IMG/VR virus record: IMGVR_UViG_3300007509_001035
Coordinates: 1-61,638 of that record
Source: a virus
Taxonomy: Duplodnaviria > Caudoviricetes
DNA: 61,638 nt
Reading direction: 5' to 3' (one strand)
Shown in pieces: positions 20,701 through 28,707 of this stretch. The notes beneath the pieces are model-generated. The model was not told the DNA's origin. It saw only the letters and a program-made list of their open reading frames with translations, and did no database searches. Each line of letters begins with the position of its first letter. Position 1 is the stretch's first letter. Made by a program: the position numbers and the translations under genes.

Positions 20701-21348
20701 ACTGCTGCCAATATGGGTTATGATGATGATGGCATATTGAATGCAACTGAGATGGTCCGAATAGACCAGGCTGTTGCTGTTGGCAAACGAATGATTATAT
20801 ATCCAGAGTTTTGGGGTTTACTAGAGGATATGGGAGGAGTTGCTAGTAGCGGTCCTGCTGTAGATGGTACAGGTTGGGTAGAGAATGACAACGTACTTAT
20901 TGGTTGGCAAAAAGCTAACTCACCTTTCAAAGGCACTAATATTGGTCAAAGTAGCTCTGGTTGGGATGCGGCCGTATATATGCTGCTGAGAGGTGCCGGC
21001 ACAAATCATACTAATAGAATTGGTTTGTACTCTCCAGGCAATGCGACTTTCACCTCTCGCGACCATAAGGTTGGTACACATTATTATACAGACCTTTATT
21101 ATACCTTTGATAGAATATCATCTTCCAGTGGACGAATTATGATATTTCCTTCTCTGGCAACTGCTAGAGTGGGTATTGCAGGCACGTCCCCGGAGACGAC
21201 TTGGTATTCGGATAGCAGTGCCTATATGACTGGCAACGCACAAACGCTTACCCTAACTAGTGATAATTATCTCTATGTATTTTCAAACGTAGGAAGTTTT
21301 ACATTACCAACGGTAGCTTGTACCGAATTGGTTACAATACCCACATAA
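17731..21348 (+). CDS. large fibre / receptor-binding-like structural protein
   Basis: 1205 aa, G/T/S/N/W-rich, internal repeated domains, visibly higher GC than flanks. Confidence 0.65.
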   Translation: MARTARKFLVRRSKDNLSVVFTRRARRLGSHPLGSLQAVASDRTNRINILNIEETELRGEDFFEIKNTHFGHWWTRNWNTDRELNNFDVRVAAHTSQAETIAELNNILGYTIEEAAGDEGGSGLSSVGGTSVVSFRLAAVQYCLEDGTGFIVNEDDTGGKFDSEELNTVLGRSDGTFLSVDTRSVSHGASGGAGNPVVSGAVSSNTMTLTLDDASTVDIDVTTLADSGGGGSATYILQEDSDQILMEDSGSLLADEVHTSVSTGVVSGTDLILTMNDGSTVTIALTSPILTALPYWYQTYANPGTGDTTPGPQLTTLTPALDTGPWHYGRQLARGEEFLFDHTSSSQARWLGIWGGNATYDPSDPGRGSYWTKSLRFSAADQISQSGSGTYTQGFDLATAYDVIQGSTKLALVYDYSSNKLQLWERSTGTYSEHRTLITTANDAEDGNPVTISGAYEVSGGDLPTFTYKEHTWEIVANEQTPDDTTWRDGVEANTVIRHGTALHPGEKMTCVTPNTWSNHYFSWSYTGTATGQTSVHQHLDPSFRATSSRDLRENQGYTINPYATRYGSGTQTAAGMGGAKISLRYHLDNSLDVFDEDNEEVLFTKDVDMDGNPAYLYIGFTAGASSSMAWTTWTFEPFAGAWYKHPSSRYIPNHRFTGDDFDGSGRWIWGEYMYPGQEFIFQEGMGGSGNTYIGVRNADDTAWVRWVGFDGTNLTDDNQGFDITANYGVNNKWVAMRYDHGDNKIKWYDTNTAGVETLITTATVACDGNAIRICASGNNKVPLAPELRYYGWEYKHTPTAYPQPWKNWRINRPTVNNALKNETVLRHRLGLMPGNYFRWTTADTGASTFTGGWKSSNNASGLTNVDTQMTYWDWGFRMNNSEQVIDLFNMTFNTANEDYDATGNNNAGVWDDPAKGVTQIQLRYHASNNKIDLHDHTNNRVIATKDSAADGNAVYFDHGLGTNTTGLADNFFGGGDVEIAASNFAPTFTTAANMGYDDDGILNATEMVRIDQAVAVGKRMIIYPEFWGLLEDMGGVASSGPAVDGTGWVENDNVLIGWQKANSPFKGTNIGQSSSGWDAAVYMLLRGAGTNHTNRIGLYSPGNATFTSRDHKVGTHYYTDLYYTFDRISSSSGRIMIFPSLATARVGIAGTSPETTWYSDSSAYMTGNAQTLTLTSDNYLYVFSNVGSFTLPTVACTELVTIPT

Positions 21349-21382
21349 ATAGTAACATAAACTATATGAATAGGAGAACAAA

Positions 21383-21841
21383 ATGGCTGATAAGAAAATT
21401 ACAGCACTAACAGCACTAGGAACTGCAATAGCCGGAGAAGATTTACTTCATGTTATTGATGATCCGGGTGGAACACCAGTAAATAAAAAAGTAACAGTTG
21501 ATAATCTATTTGGTTATATCCCAAGTCTTATTGCATTGAACCAGACACCACAAGCATTGAGTGGTGCGGGTGCAATAAATATTACTTCAACAATTACGCA
21601 TCTTACAACAGCAGCTGGTGCGTCAGCACTTACACTTACAAATACAAGTGTAAAGAATGGAATGATTAAGATTATTCTTTGTGTTACAGCTGGTGGTGGT
21701 GATTCTACATTAACGATAACAGGTGCCGCATCATCATCATTTGATTCAGTCGTTTTTAATGCTGTAGGAGAAACACTTGTATTAATACAATCTAATTCAC
21801 AATGGCATGTTTTGGCATCTAATGGAGCAACTATTAGTTAA
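21383..21841 (+). CDS. small virion structural protein
   Basis: MADKKITALT...TPVNKKVT N-terminus typical of phage fibre/decoration proteins; CATAAATA late-like promoter at 21344 and SD GGAG. Confidence 0.6.
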   Translation: MADKKITALTALGTAIAGEDLLHVIDDPGGTPVNKKVTVDNLFGYIPSLIALNQTPQALSGAGAINITSTITHLTTAAGASALTLTNTSVKNGMIKIILCVTAGGGDSTLTITGAASSSFDSVVFNAVGETLVLIQSNSQWHVLASNGATIS

Positions 21842-21853
21842 TGAGGTGATATT

Positions 21854-22504
21854 ATGGAACATAAAGTTTACCGTTATTTTCAAAAATTACCGTTTGTATT
21901 TGATCAAGAAAAATTAGAAGAAGCACTAAAACAAGTATTAGAAATTGCACCATGGCCACAACAAGCATTAAATGTTGATAAGAAATATCAGCAGATTTGT
22001 TTGACAAGAAAAAAAGGACAAGAAGCACCTGGTTGTTACTATGAAGGAAATGGTGGCATATATCATTTATTTGTCGATGGTAACGAAGAAAGCCGTCAAC
22101 AAAAGTTAGATGAGGGTGAATATTCAGAATTTATATCTGAATTTAACCATACCTATTTTAAAGAAGTTTATAATGAGATAAATAATTATTGTAAAAAAGA
22201 ATATAATGGTGTATTAGGTCGTGTTCGTTTGATGTTATCAAAACCAAGAGCATCATTATCTTGGCATCGTGACCCTGAACCAAGAATACATATTCCGATA
22301 GTTACTGGTTTTGGAGCTATGATGGTAGTAGAAGATGAAGTACTTCATATGAAAACTGGAGAATCATGGTTTACAGATACAGAACATTATCATAGTCAGT
22401 TTAATGGAAGTGAAATAGAAAGAATACATATTGTAGCATCATTGTATCGAGATAAGGATTTTTATTGTATGGAGGATTGTTTAAAAGGGAATGACTATTA
22501 CTAA
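21854..22504 (+). CDS. 2OG-Fe(II) oxygenase, Asp/Asn beta-hydroxylase-like
   Basis: RVRLM, WHRD (HxD), RIHIPI, distal HSQFNG, RIHIV. Confidence 0.8.
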   Translation: MEHKVYRYFQKLPFVFDQEKLEEALKQVLEIAPWPQQALNVDKKYQQICLTRKKGQEAPGCYYEGNGGIYHLFVDGNEESRQQKLDEGEYSEFISEFNHTYFKEVYNEINNYCKKEYNGVLGRVRLMLSKPRASLSWHRDPEPRIHIPIVTGFGAMMVVEDEVLHMKTGESWFTDTEHYHSQFNGSEIERIHIVASLYRDKDFYCMEDCLKGNDYY

Positions 22505-22679
22505 AGTTAAGTCAAGGTATTGTGTTAAATGTGACGCATTATATAAATATGAATGTGCATGTCCAAATAATGTAAGAATGATGAATATTAAAAAAACTTT
22601 CCATAAAATTAGTTTGGAAAAAATCAAAACAGCTTTGAAAGAAGTTGGATTAAACGGAGAAGAATATGAAAACATTTAA
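22491..22679 (+). CDS. small Cys-containing hypothetical protein
   Basis: CVKC...ECACP; overlaps both neighbours. Confidence 0.5.
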   Translation: MTITKVKSRYCVKCDALYKYECACPNNVRMMNIKKTFHKISLEKIKTALKEVGLNGEEYENI

Positions 22680-22839
22680 AGAACTGATGGACGGAACTAA
22701 AGCAGAATATCAAGCTTTTTTTAATAAGAAATTAAAAAAGTATGGTGTTGGTAGCCCATCTGAATTATCAGATGCCGATAAGAAAAAATTCTATAATGAA
22801 ATCGATAAAGAGTGGAAAGGTGAAAATGAGGAAGACTAA
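22666..22839 (+). CDS. 57-aa protein with head-targeting-like leader (not in ORF track)
   Basis: SD GGAG, MKTFKELMDGTKAEYQAFFNKKLKKYGVGSPSELSDADKKKFYNEIDKEWKGENEED, TAATG coupling to next ORF. Confidence 0.75.
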   Translation: MKTFKELMDGTKAEYQAFFNKKLKKYGVGSPSELSDADKKKFYNEIDKEWKGENEED

Positions 22840-23120
22840 TGATTTTATTGAAAACTTTTAAAAGTTTTATTAATGAAATAGGATTTGATGGTAGGTCTGT
22901 TAGAAATCTTGATCCAATGCAAATGATGACAAAAGGAGTTGCTGTCGGAGATGTAGATTTAAAAAAAATAACTAAGGGAATGAGAGATGGAGCCAAACAA
23001 AAATTGATCGGTGATCTTCAAAAACTTGTTGATGGTGACAGACCTGATTGGTGGCCAAAGAGTTTTAAATTAAATAGAAAACAAATTACAGCTTTAGAAA
23101 AGCAACTTAAAAAGATATGA
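22839..23120 (+). CDS. hypothetical protein with head-targeting-like leader
   Basis: LKTFKSFINE near the N-terminus. Confidence 0.6.
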   Translation: MILLKTFKSFINEIGFDGRSVRNLDPMQMMTKGVAVGDVDLKKITKGMRDGAKQKLIGDLQKLVDGDRPDWWPKSFKLNRKQITALEKQLKKI

Positions 23121-23698
23121 TAACCTTCAAAAGCTTTCTTAACGAAGCAAAAGATAAGACAGCTGTATTTGCTTTCGGCCGGATGAATCCTCCTACCTCT
23201 GGCCATGCTAAACTAATTAAAAAAGTTATAATGGTTGCTAAGAAAGAAAAAGGAATCCCAATGATCTATCCTTCTAAGACAGAGGACAATAAAAAGAATC
23301 CTTTAACATATAAAACAAAGATTGAAGTCCTCAAAGACGTTTTTGGTAACATTATAAATACTGATACATCTATAAGAACACCGTTTGATGTATTAGAATA
23401 TCTTAACAATCAAAAGTTTTCTAAGGTAGTTTTTGTTGTTGGTAGTGATAGAGTCACAGAGTTTAAAAAGAATATGTCAAAGTTTGTTGATAGTGATTTA
23501 GATAATATTAAAGATTTTTCAGTAGCATCAGCTGGTGACCGCGATCCTGACGCAGAAGGTGTTAAAGGTATCTCTGGTTCTAAGATGAGAGAATATGTTA
23601 AGAAAGAAAAATTTAAGAAATTTGCCGATGGTTTAATAACAAAGAATTCTAAGTTAGCAAAGAAAGTTTTTAAAGAACTTCAAAAAAGAATGAAATAG
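23117..23698 (+). CDS. HIGH-family cytidylyl/adenylyltransferase
   Basis: FGRMNPPTSGH, KNPL, VVGSDR, ISGSKMR; leader MITFKSFLNE. Confidence 0.85.
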   Translation: MITFKSFLNEAKDKTAVFAFGRMNPPTSGHAKLIKKVIMVAKKEKGIPMIYPSKTEDNKKNPLTYKTKIEVLKDVFGNIINTDTSIRTPFDVLEYLNNQKFSKVVFVVGSDRVTEFKKNMSKFVDSDLDNIKDFSVASAGDRDPDAEGVKGISGSKMREYVKKEKFKKFADGLITKNSKLAKKVFKELQKRMK

Positions 23699-23791
23699 TC
23701 GATAAACATTTTTTACTGGGATAGTTTTAATATATCGACATTAAAATAAATACAAAAAATCCCTATAATAATTCAAAGGAGAGTATACAAA

Positions 23792-24010
23792 ATGTTCGAT
23801 CAAATTCTTGGTTGGGTAAAAAAACTAACAGAAGCGGGAGTATCATTACTTGCATTGGCAATTATTATGCAAGTAATTTTCGGTAAGGCTGTTCCATTTA
23901 TTGGTGGTGATGTTATTGGTAATATCACAGCTATTGTTGGATCACTTGGCGCACAAGGTCTTGTAGGTCTTGCATCTGTTGGTGTCATTTATGCCATTTT
24001 TAATAAATAG
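23792..24010 (+). CDS. small membrane protein
   Basis: SD AAGGAG; two hydrophobic segments. Confidence 0.75.
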   Translation: MFDQILGWVKKLTEAGVSLLALAIIMQVIFGKAVPFIGGDVIGNITAIVGSLGAQGLVGLASVGVIYAIFNK

Positions 24011-24018
24011 TATAAATA
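24011..24018 (+). promoter_or_regulatory. T4-type late promoter
   Basis: TATAAATA immediately after the stop codon. Confidence 0.6.
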
Positions 24019-24046
24019 TTATTAACCACAAAAAAGGAGAAAGCTA

Positions 24047-24118
24047 ATGCATCCACATTTAAGCAAATTGATTTTTTTCATGCTAGGTTGGGGTATAGCT
24101 GGTTGGTTGTATCATTAA
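24047..24118 (+). CDS. 23-aa hydrophobic peptide (not in ORF track)
   Basis: SD AAGGAG; MHPHLSKLIFFMLGWGIAGWLYH. Confidence 0.55.
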   Translation: MHPHLSKLIFFMLGWGIAGWLYH

Positions 24119-24136
24119 ACTAAAGGAGTATTGAAT

Positions 24137-24331
24137 ATGGAAACTATGGTATTTGGTTGGATGGCCCAGCAATCTTGGTGGGGAATTTTTACAACTATTG
24201 TTGTTGCGGCTAATGCTGTTACAATGACACTAAAGGATAGTGAAGCTGTAAAGATTCCTTTCTTGGGAAAAGTTTGGCCAGTTCTTAATTGGTTGTCGTT
24301 GAATATCAATCATAATAAGAATAAAAAATAA
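24137..24331 (+). CDS. small membrane protein, holin-like
   Basis: SD AAGGAG; hydrophobic helix, LNWLSLNI..NKN basic tail. Confidence 0.6.
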   Translation: METMVFGWMAQQSWWGIFTTIVVAANAVTMTLKDSEAVKIPFLGKVWPVLNWLSLNINHNKNKK

Positions 24332-24341
24332 GTGATGATGT

Positions 24342-24364
24342 AAGGGGGAGTTAAACTCCCCCTT
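24342..24364 (+). terminator. intrinsic terminator-like hairpin
   Basis: AAGGGGGAG-TTAAA-CTCCCCCTT followed by a T-rich tract. Confidence 0.65.
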
Positions 24365-24385
24365 GTGTTATTTGAAAGGAGTGTT

Positions 24386-24637
24386 ATGAAAGGAACAATA
24401 GCTGCTTATCACCAAAATGTAGGACAAGTTTTGTGTGAAGGTAATGTATATAATTTTCATATTAGTTGTGTTCAAGGTGGTATTAAAAATCACCAAGAGT
24501 TTGAATTTGAACTTGATGAAAATGGAAAAATAAAAGTAATTTATGGTAATGGTTCAGAAAATCCTTCTGTTCAAAGAGTGAAAAAAGAAAAGAAACGAAA
24601 CACTAAAGAAAAAACATTTTTAACAGAGGAGAATTAA
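24386..24637 (+). CDS. degenerate cold-shock/OB-fold-like protein
   Basis: MKGTI...GQV...YNFHISCV..I...EFEFE resembles a cold-shock domain; basic tail. Confidence 0.45.
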   Translation: MKGTIAAYHQNVGQVLCEGNVYNFHISCVQGGIKNHQEFEFELDENGKIKVIYGNGSENPSVQRVKKEKKRNTKEKTFLTEEN

Positions 24638-24638
24638 A

Positions 24639-25193
24639 ATGGGTTTATGGGGAGCAACAGATGCCGATGAGGCAAAACCAAAACATTTAACAGAAGTTGA
24701 AAAGCGTTCTGTTTATGCAACCACTAAAGGTTGGGTAAAAGCAGCTGGTGGAAATGATAACGCTAGTGCAGATGAAGAAGTTTTAGTTGCCATTGGTGAT
24801 CTTTCAGGAGCAACAAAACTTAATATTGCAGATATTTCATCTGTGAATTGGAATATTACAGCATTTGATAAATCAGATGGCGGAACTCTTTCAGTAACAG
24901 CCAACTATAATGAAAAAGTAGACGTTACAGGTACACCACAATTAACAGTAACAAATGATACTAATGCTAATCATACTTTGAGTTATGCAAGTGGTACTGG
25001 TACAAATCGTTTGACATTTACCTTGGTTATTGCAGCTGCAAGTGCCGCTACAACTGCCGGTGATGTTCTTTCTGTTGGTACTAATGCAATTGCATTAAAT
25101 GGTGGAACAATTAAAGAAGCAGGAACTTCTACAAATGCTACAATCACACATAGTGCTTTAGCTGCATCTACCAATATTACAGTTGTCGCATAG
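24639..25193 (+). CDS. virion structural protein (Ig-like)
   Basis: MGLWGATDADEAKPK N-terminus; VDVTGTPQL, YASGTGTNRLTF, LNGGTIK. Confidence 0.6.
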   Translation: MGLWGATDADEAKPKHLTEVEKRSVYATTKGWVKAAGGNDNASADEEVLVAIGDLSGATKLNIADISSVNWNITAFDKSDGGTLSVTANYNEKVDVTGTPQLTVTNDTNANHTLSYASGTGTNRLTFTLVIAAASAATTAGDVLSVGTNAIALNGGTIKEAGTSTNATITHSALAASTNITVVA

Positions 25194-25223
25194 TATAACC
25201 TGTTGTAATAATAGGTTATACTA
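25191..25223. terminator. inverted repeat between structural gene and promoter
   Basis: TAGTATAACCT ... AGGTTATACTA perfect 11-bp arms. Confidence 0.5.
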
Positions 25224-25224
25224 A

Positions 25225-25257
25225 TTCCTTGTTATTTCACTAGAATTTTGTTATAAT
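25225..25257 (+). promoter_or_regulatory. sigma70-like phage promoter
   Basis: TTCC-TTGTTA, 17 bp, TGn-TATAAT. Confidence 0.75.
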
Positions 25258-25284
25258 ATAGTTAATAATAAAAGAGGAAAGACA

Positions 25285-25722
25285 ATGAAATTAGTATTTA
25301 TTATATTATGTTTTTTATTGACTAGTAATGTACAAGCAAAAGAACATATAAACGAACCAAAGATACCAGAAGTAAATGAAATAATTAATTGGATACCTGA
25401 AGAAGTTCCAAGGACGGTATCATTTTATATAGATACAAATCGTGATAATTTAGCTGATGTTATTGTTACATATTCTTTAATTGAGGCATATGCTTGTAAA
25501 GAAAATTGTGTATACAAAATAACAGACAATGGCGATCATTGGTTATTACCAAGTGATAAATATGTTTACTATGTGATAAAAAGATGGACATATTGGAAGT
25601 ATATTAATGAAAAAGATTGGCACGGTGTAGATAAAACCAGTGATTTTATATTTAAGTATAAAACTCATAAAGAATGGTATGAAAAAAAATATTTAAAATT
25701 ATGGCCATATATGGCACCTTAA
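25285..25722 (+). CDS. hypothetical exported protein
   Basis: Signal peptide MKLVFIILCFLLTSNVQA. Confidence 0.65.
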   Translation: MKLVFIILCFLLTSNVQAKEHINEPKIPEVNEIINWIPEEVPRTVSFYIDTNRDNLADVIVTYSLIEAYACKENCVYKITDNGDHWLLPSDKYVYYVIKRWTYWKYINEKDWHGVDKTSDFIFKYKTHKEWYEKKYLKLWPYMAP

Positions 25723-25732
25723 AAGAGGCTTT

Positions 25733-26101
25733 ATGAATTTTAGTGAATTGACGAATGGCAATTACATGATGTTTGCATTACTTCATTATGATAATCCACA
25801 TTGTAAAGATATTCAAGAGTTTTTTGAAGATATTAAAAGACTTCATTATATTCGTAGATTATTCAAAAGATATAGTGATGAAAAAGTACTAAAAGAAAGA
25901 TTGATTATTAATCACCTTGTTACTTTTTATAATGTCTTTGAAAGTGAAGCAGCTACTAGAATATTATTTTACAAAGTAGAAGCCGTTTTTCATCCAATAT
26001 TAAAGACTTTTTTAGTATATTTAAATAGAATCCCACTTGATAAATATACTGAAATAAGTCTGGATGAAACAATTATAGATAAACTAAGAGGTATGGAATA
26101 A
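25733..26101 (+). CDS. conserved T4-like hypothetical protein
   Basis: HYDNP.C....EF.ED, LKERLIINH, LKTFLVYLN. Confidence 0.75.
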   Translation: MNFSELTNGNYMMFALLHYDNPHCKDIQEFFEDIKRLHYIRRLFKRYSDEKVLKERLIINHLVTFYNVFESEAATRILFYKVEAVFHPILKTFLVYLNRIPLDKYTEISLDETIIDKLRGME

Positions 26102-26437
26102 ATGTCCGCAATTGTTGATACCTATATCACATATAGAATTATTACCACATTAGTAAAGCCTTGGGAAGAACAAGATGCTTATAAATTTGGTATTATTGAT
26201 GAAAAAGGTAAAGTATTAAGAAAAGCTAGAACATTAAAAACAAGTAAAGAAAAAGAATCTTATACTATGTTAATAAGATTTATTTTTAATATGAAAAGAC
26301 TTATGGAGAAAATTCCTGGCGGTAAGTCAAAGATAGGTTCCTATGCTGTCGCGGCACTTGTTTTCCTTCGTGAAGAAGCAGAAGATAATAAAGAATTAAA
26401 GAAATTACTTGGAGAAGATTATGAAAAACAAAAATGA
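26102..26437 (+). CDS. conserved T4-like hypothetical protein
   Basis: DTYITYRII..LVKPW...AYKFGIIDEKG. Confidence 0.75.
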   Translation: MSAIVDTYITYRIITTLVKPWEEQDAYKFGIIDEKGKVLRKARTLKTSKEKESYTMLIRFIFNMKRLMEKIPGGKSKIGSYAVAALVFLREEAEDNKELKKLLGEDYEKQK

Positions 26438-26867
26438 AGAAGCTCCAGTTAATGCAACAGGTTCAGCTGTAGTAGGGACTGGTGATGATGATAGTGTTAG
26501 CACAAAGAAAATGTTATTCTTAAAACGTAAAAAAAAGAAGAAGAAAGATTATAAAGAAGATGTTGAAGCTTCTGTTAAAACACCAGATGTAATAATACCT
26601 GATTCAACATTTGCTAGTATGCCCGTCTTTAAAGTAAATAATGCAGATTTTTCAAAGTGTAAATTTGGAAAAGATAAATTTGCTCGTTGGGCAAAACATA
26701 TAGACATAACTTCTGATTCAGGAAAACGTATTTATGCTTATGCAAAAAAGAATCCTAATAAGTCTATTATTGTTCAACATGAAACGTCAGGACATATGCT
26801 TTATCTTAGGAAGTATTCTAAAGCAGATGGAGGTAAATCAGGAATCATGGTAAGGAAGGAGAAATAA
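26421..26867 (+). CDS. hypothetical protein
   Basis: SD GGAG then ATG 26421; EEAPVNATG, poly-K. Confidence 0.65.
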   Translation: MKNKNEEAPVNATGSAVVGTGDDDSVSTKKMLFLKRKKKKKKDYKEDVEASVKTPDVIIPDSTFASMPVFKVNNADFSKCKFGKDKFARWAKHIDITSDSGKRIYAYAKKNPNKSIIVQHETSGHMLYLRKYSKADGGKSGIMVRKEK

Positions 26868-27089
26868 ATGTTTTCAATGATCGGTAACATTTTATCAGCG
26901 GGGTTAAATATATATGACAGAATACAAAAGAACAAACCAAAACCAAGCTTTAAAGAGTTTCAAGAACGAAAAAAGAAAATGGACAATGCCCTTGCAGATG
27001 GTAATGCTGACAATATTGATAGTCTTTTTGAGTGGTTGTCTGACCGCTCAAAGTCAGGTAAGAGTGGTCGGGGAGAGTCAAATAAGTAA
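26868..27089 (+). CDS. small hypothetical protein
   Basis: SD AAGGAG; overlapped out of frame by a lipoprotein ORF. Confidence 0.6.
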   Translation: MFSMIGNILSAGLNIYDRIQKNKPKPSFKEFQERKKKMDNALADGNADNIDSLFEWLSDRSKSGKSGRGESNK

Positions 27090-27195
27090 ACTATCTAATG
27101 GTAATTATGAAGTAACACCAAAATGGATAAAAGATCGTTTCGACACCGAAAACAGTTTATTAAAACAATTAGAAGATTGTCAAGAAAGTAAATAA
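26986..27195 (+). CDS. putative lipoprotein (o-spanin-like)
   Basis: MVMLTILIVFLSGC lipobox; starts inside the upstream ORF; exact start uncertain. Confidence 0.5.
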   Translation: MPLQMVMLTILIVFLSGCLTAQSQVRVVGESQISKLSNGNYEVTPKWIKDRFDTENSLLKQLEDCQESK

Positions 27196-27198
27196 CCA

Positions 27199-27564
27199 AT
27201 GTCAGAAAAAGACTTACCGAAGCAGTGTGATACTGTTTATTTGATGTTGAGTAAAGATATAGAACATTTAGAATATAGAATAACAGAACAGGATAAAGAC
27301 ACAGAGTTTTTAAAAACTCATATTTCATCAAAACATAAAGAACAAGCTGAAAAGGTTTTAAAACTTAATGATAGATTTGACACTCATATAGCTACAGAAA
27401 CTGAATTTCAGCAAAAAATACATAAAGAAATATTAGATAAATTTGCCAAACTTGATGTAAGAATGTCTGCTTTGGAAAAATGGAAAGCAGTTATTTATGG
27501 AGGAATTATTACTATAGCTACTCTTATTGGATATATATTACAATCTGATGTTAAACTAAAATAG
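27199..27564 (+). CDS. coiled-coil protein with C-terminal TM helix (XhlA/holin-like)
   Basis: Coiled coil then LEKWKAVIYGGIITIATLIGYIL. Confidence 0.6.
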   Translation: MSEKDLPKQCDTVYLMLSKDIEHLEYRITEQDKDTEFLKTHISSKHKEQAEKVLKLNDRFDTHIATETEFQQKIHKEILDKFAKLDVRMSALEKWKAVIYGGIITIATLIGYILQSDVKLK

Positions 27565-27566
27565 TT

Positions 27567-27599
27567 TTCCTTGTTTAATTATATTTTTTATGTTACAAT
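27567..27599 (+). promoter_or_regulatory. sigma70-like phage promoter (probably leaderless)
   Basis: TTCC-TTGTTT, 17 bp, TGn-TACAAT; ATG 6 nt downstream, no SD. Confidence 0.7.
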
Positions 27600-27605
27600 G
27601 GTGTT

Positions 27606-28706
27606 ATGAATAAAAATATACATATCGGAATTGCAGGTGCAGGTCGAATAGGAACTGCAATATATGAATTATTAGTAAGTAGTAATAGTGAATATAAAGT
27701 TTCTATAGCTGATATAGTTGACAAAGATATTCCGCAGGATGATTTTGTTAAACTTAAAGTGACTAAACCTACATATGAACCAGATGGAACTGGTAAATCT
27801 GTACAATTCAAAGAATTTGTTAAAGATAAGTCTCTTATCATTAATGCACTACCATATCATCATAATATAGATTTATATCAATATTGTTATGAGTATGATG
27901 TTCCCTACTTTGATCTATCCGAAGATGAAGAATTAGATAATTATATTAAAAAATTACAATCAATACCTTTCACAATGCCACATTGTGGTTTAGCTCCTGG
28001 TATGTCTACAGTGATAACAAATCATTTGATTACTGAATTTACCGAATTGTATGATGTTAAAATTAGAGTTGGTGCTTTATCACAAAATGCTACTAATAAA
28101 TTAAGATATCATAGTTCATGGAGTGGTGATGGTTTAGTTAATGAATATTTGGGTGATTGTCAGGTGGTTCAGAAAGGTCAATTTGGTCTTGTTCCTGCAT
28201 TGTCTGGTTATGAAAAAATTACAATTGATGGAAAAGAATACGAAGCATTTCACACTTCCGGTGGTATCGGTACCTTTGCTAAAACTCTTTCATGTAGATA
28301 CCCGTTCGTAAATGTTAATTATAAAACATTAAGAAGAATAGGACATCATGATTATGTTGATTTTCTTTTTAATGATTTAGGTATTTCACAACATGACCTG
28401 ATTAGTATTTTTAAAAATCATATTCCCACAACAAGAAAAGATGTAGTTATTTTATATGCTTATGCTGGTGGTAATAAAAATAATAATGATTATATAGAAA
28501 AAACATATTATAAGGCGTTTAAGCCGGAGAGAATCAATGGTCGTTTTATGACTGCTATTGAATATACAACAGCTATTGGTCTATTAGCAATGGTGGAATT
28601 ATATATAAATGGTAAGCTTCCACAAGACGGATATGTTAAACAGGAGAGTGTGAATCTAAAAGATGTATTGAGTACAACTTTTGGGAGTTATTATAGAGAG
28701 GATTAA
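27606..28706 (+). CDS. saccharopine dehydrogenase / L-lysine 6-dehydrogenase family oxidoreductase
   Basis: GAGRIG, INALPY, YFDLSED, CGLAPG, RVGAL, WSGDGLVNEY, EAFHTSGG, YKTLR..GH. Confidence 0.85.
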   Translation: MNKNIHIGIAGAGRIGTAIYELLVSSNSEYKVSIADIVDKDIPQDDFVKLKVTKPTYEPDGTGKSVQFKEFVKDKSLIINALPYHHNIDLYQYCYEYDVPYFDLSEDEELDNYIKKLQSIPFTMPHCGLAPGMSTVITNHLITEFTELYDVKIRVGALSQNATNKLRYHSSWSGDGLVNEYLGDCQVVQKGQFGLVPALSGYEKITIDGKEYEAFHTSGGIGTFAKTLSCRYPFVNVNYKTLRRIGHHDYVDFLFNDLGISQHDLISIFKNHIPTTRKDVVILYAYAGGNKNNNDYIEKTYYKAFKPERINGRFMTAIEYTTAIGLLAMVELYINGKLPQDGYVKQESVNLKDVLSTTFGSYYRED

Positions 28707-28707
28707 A

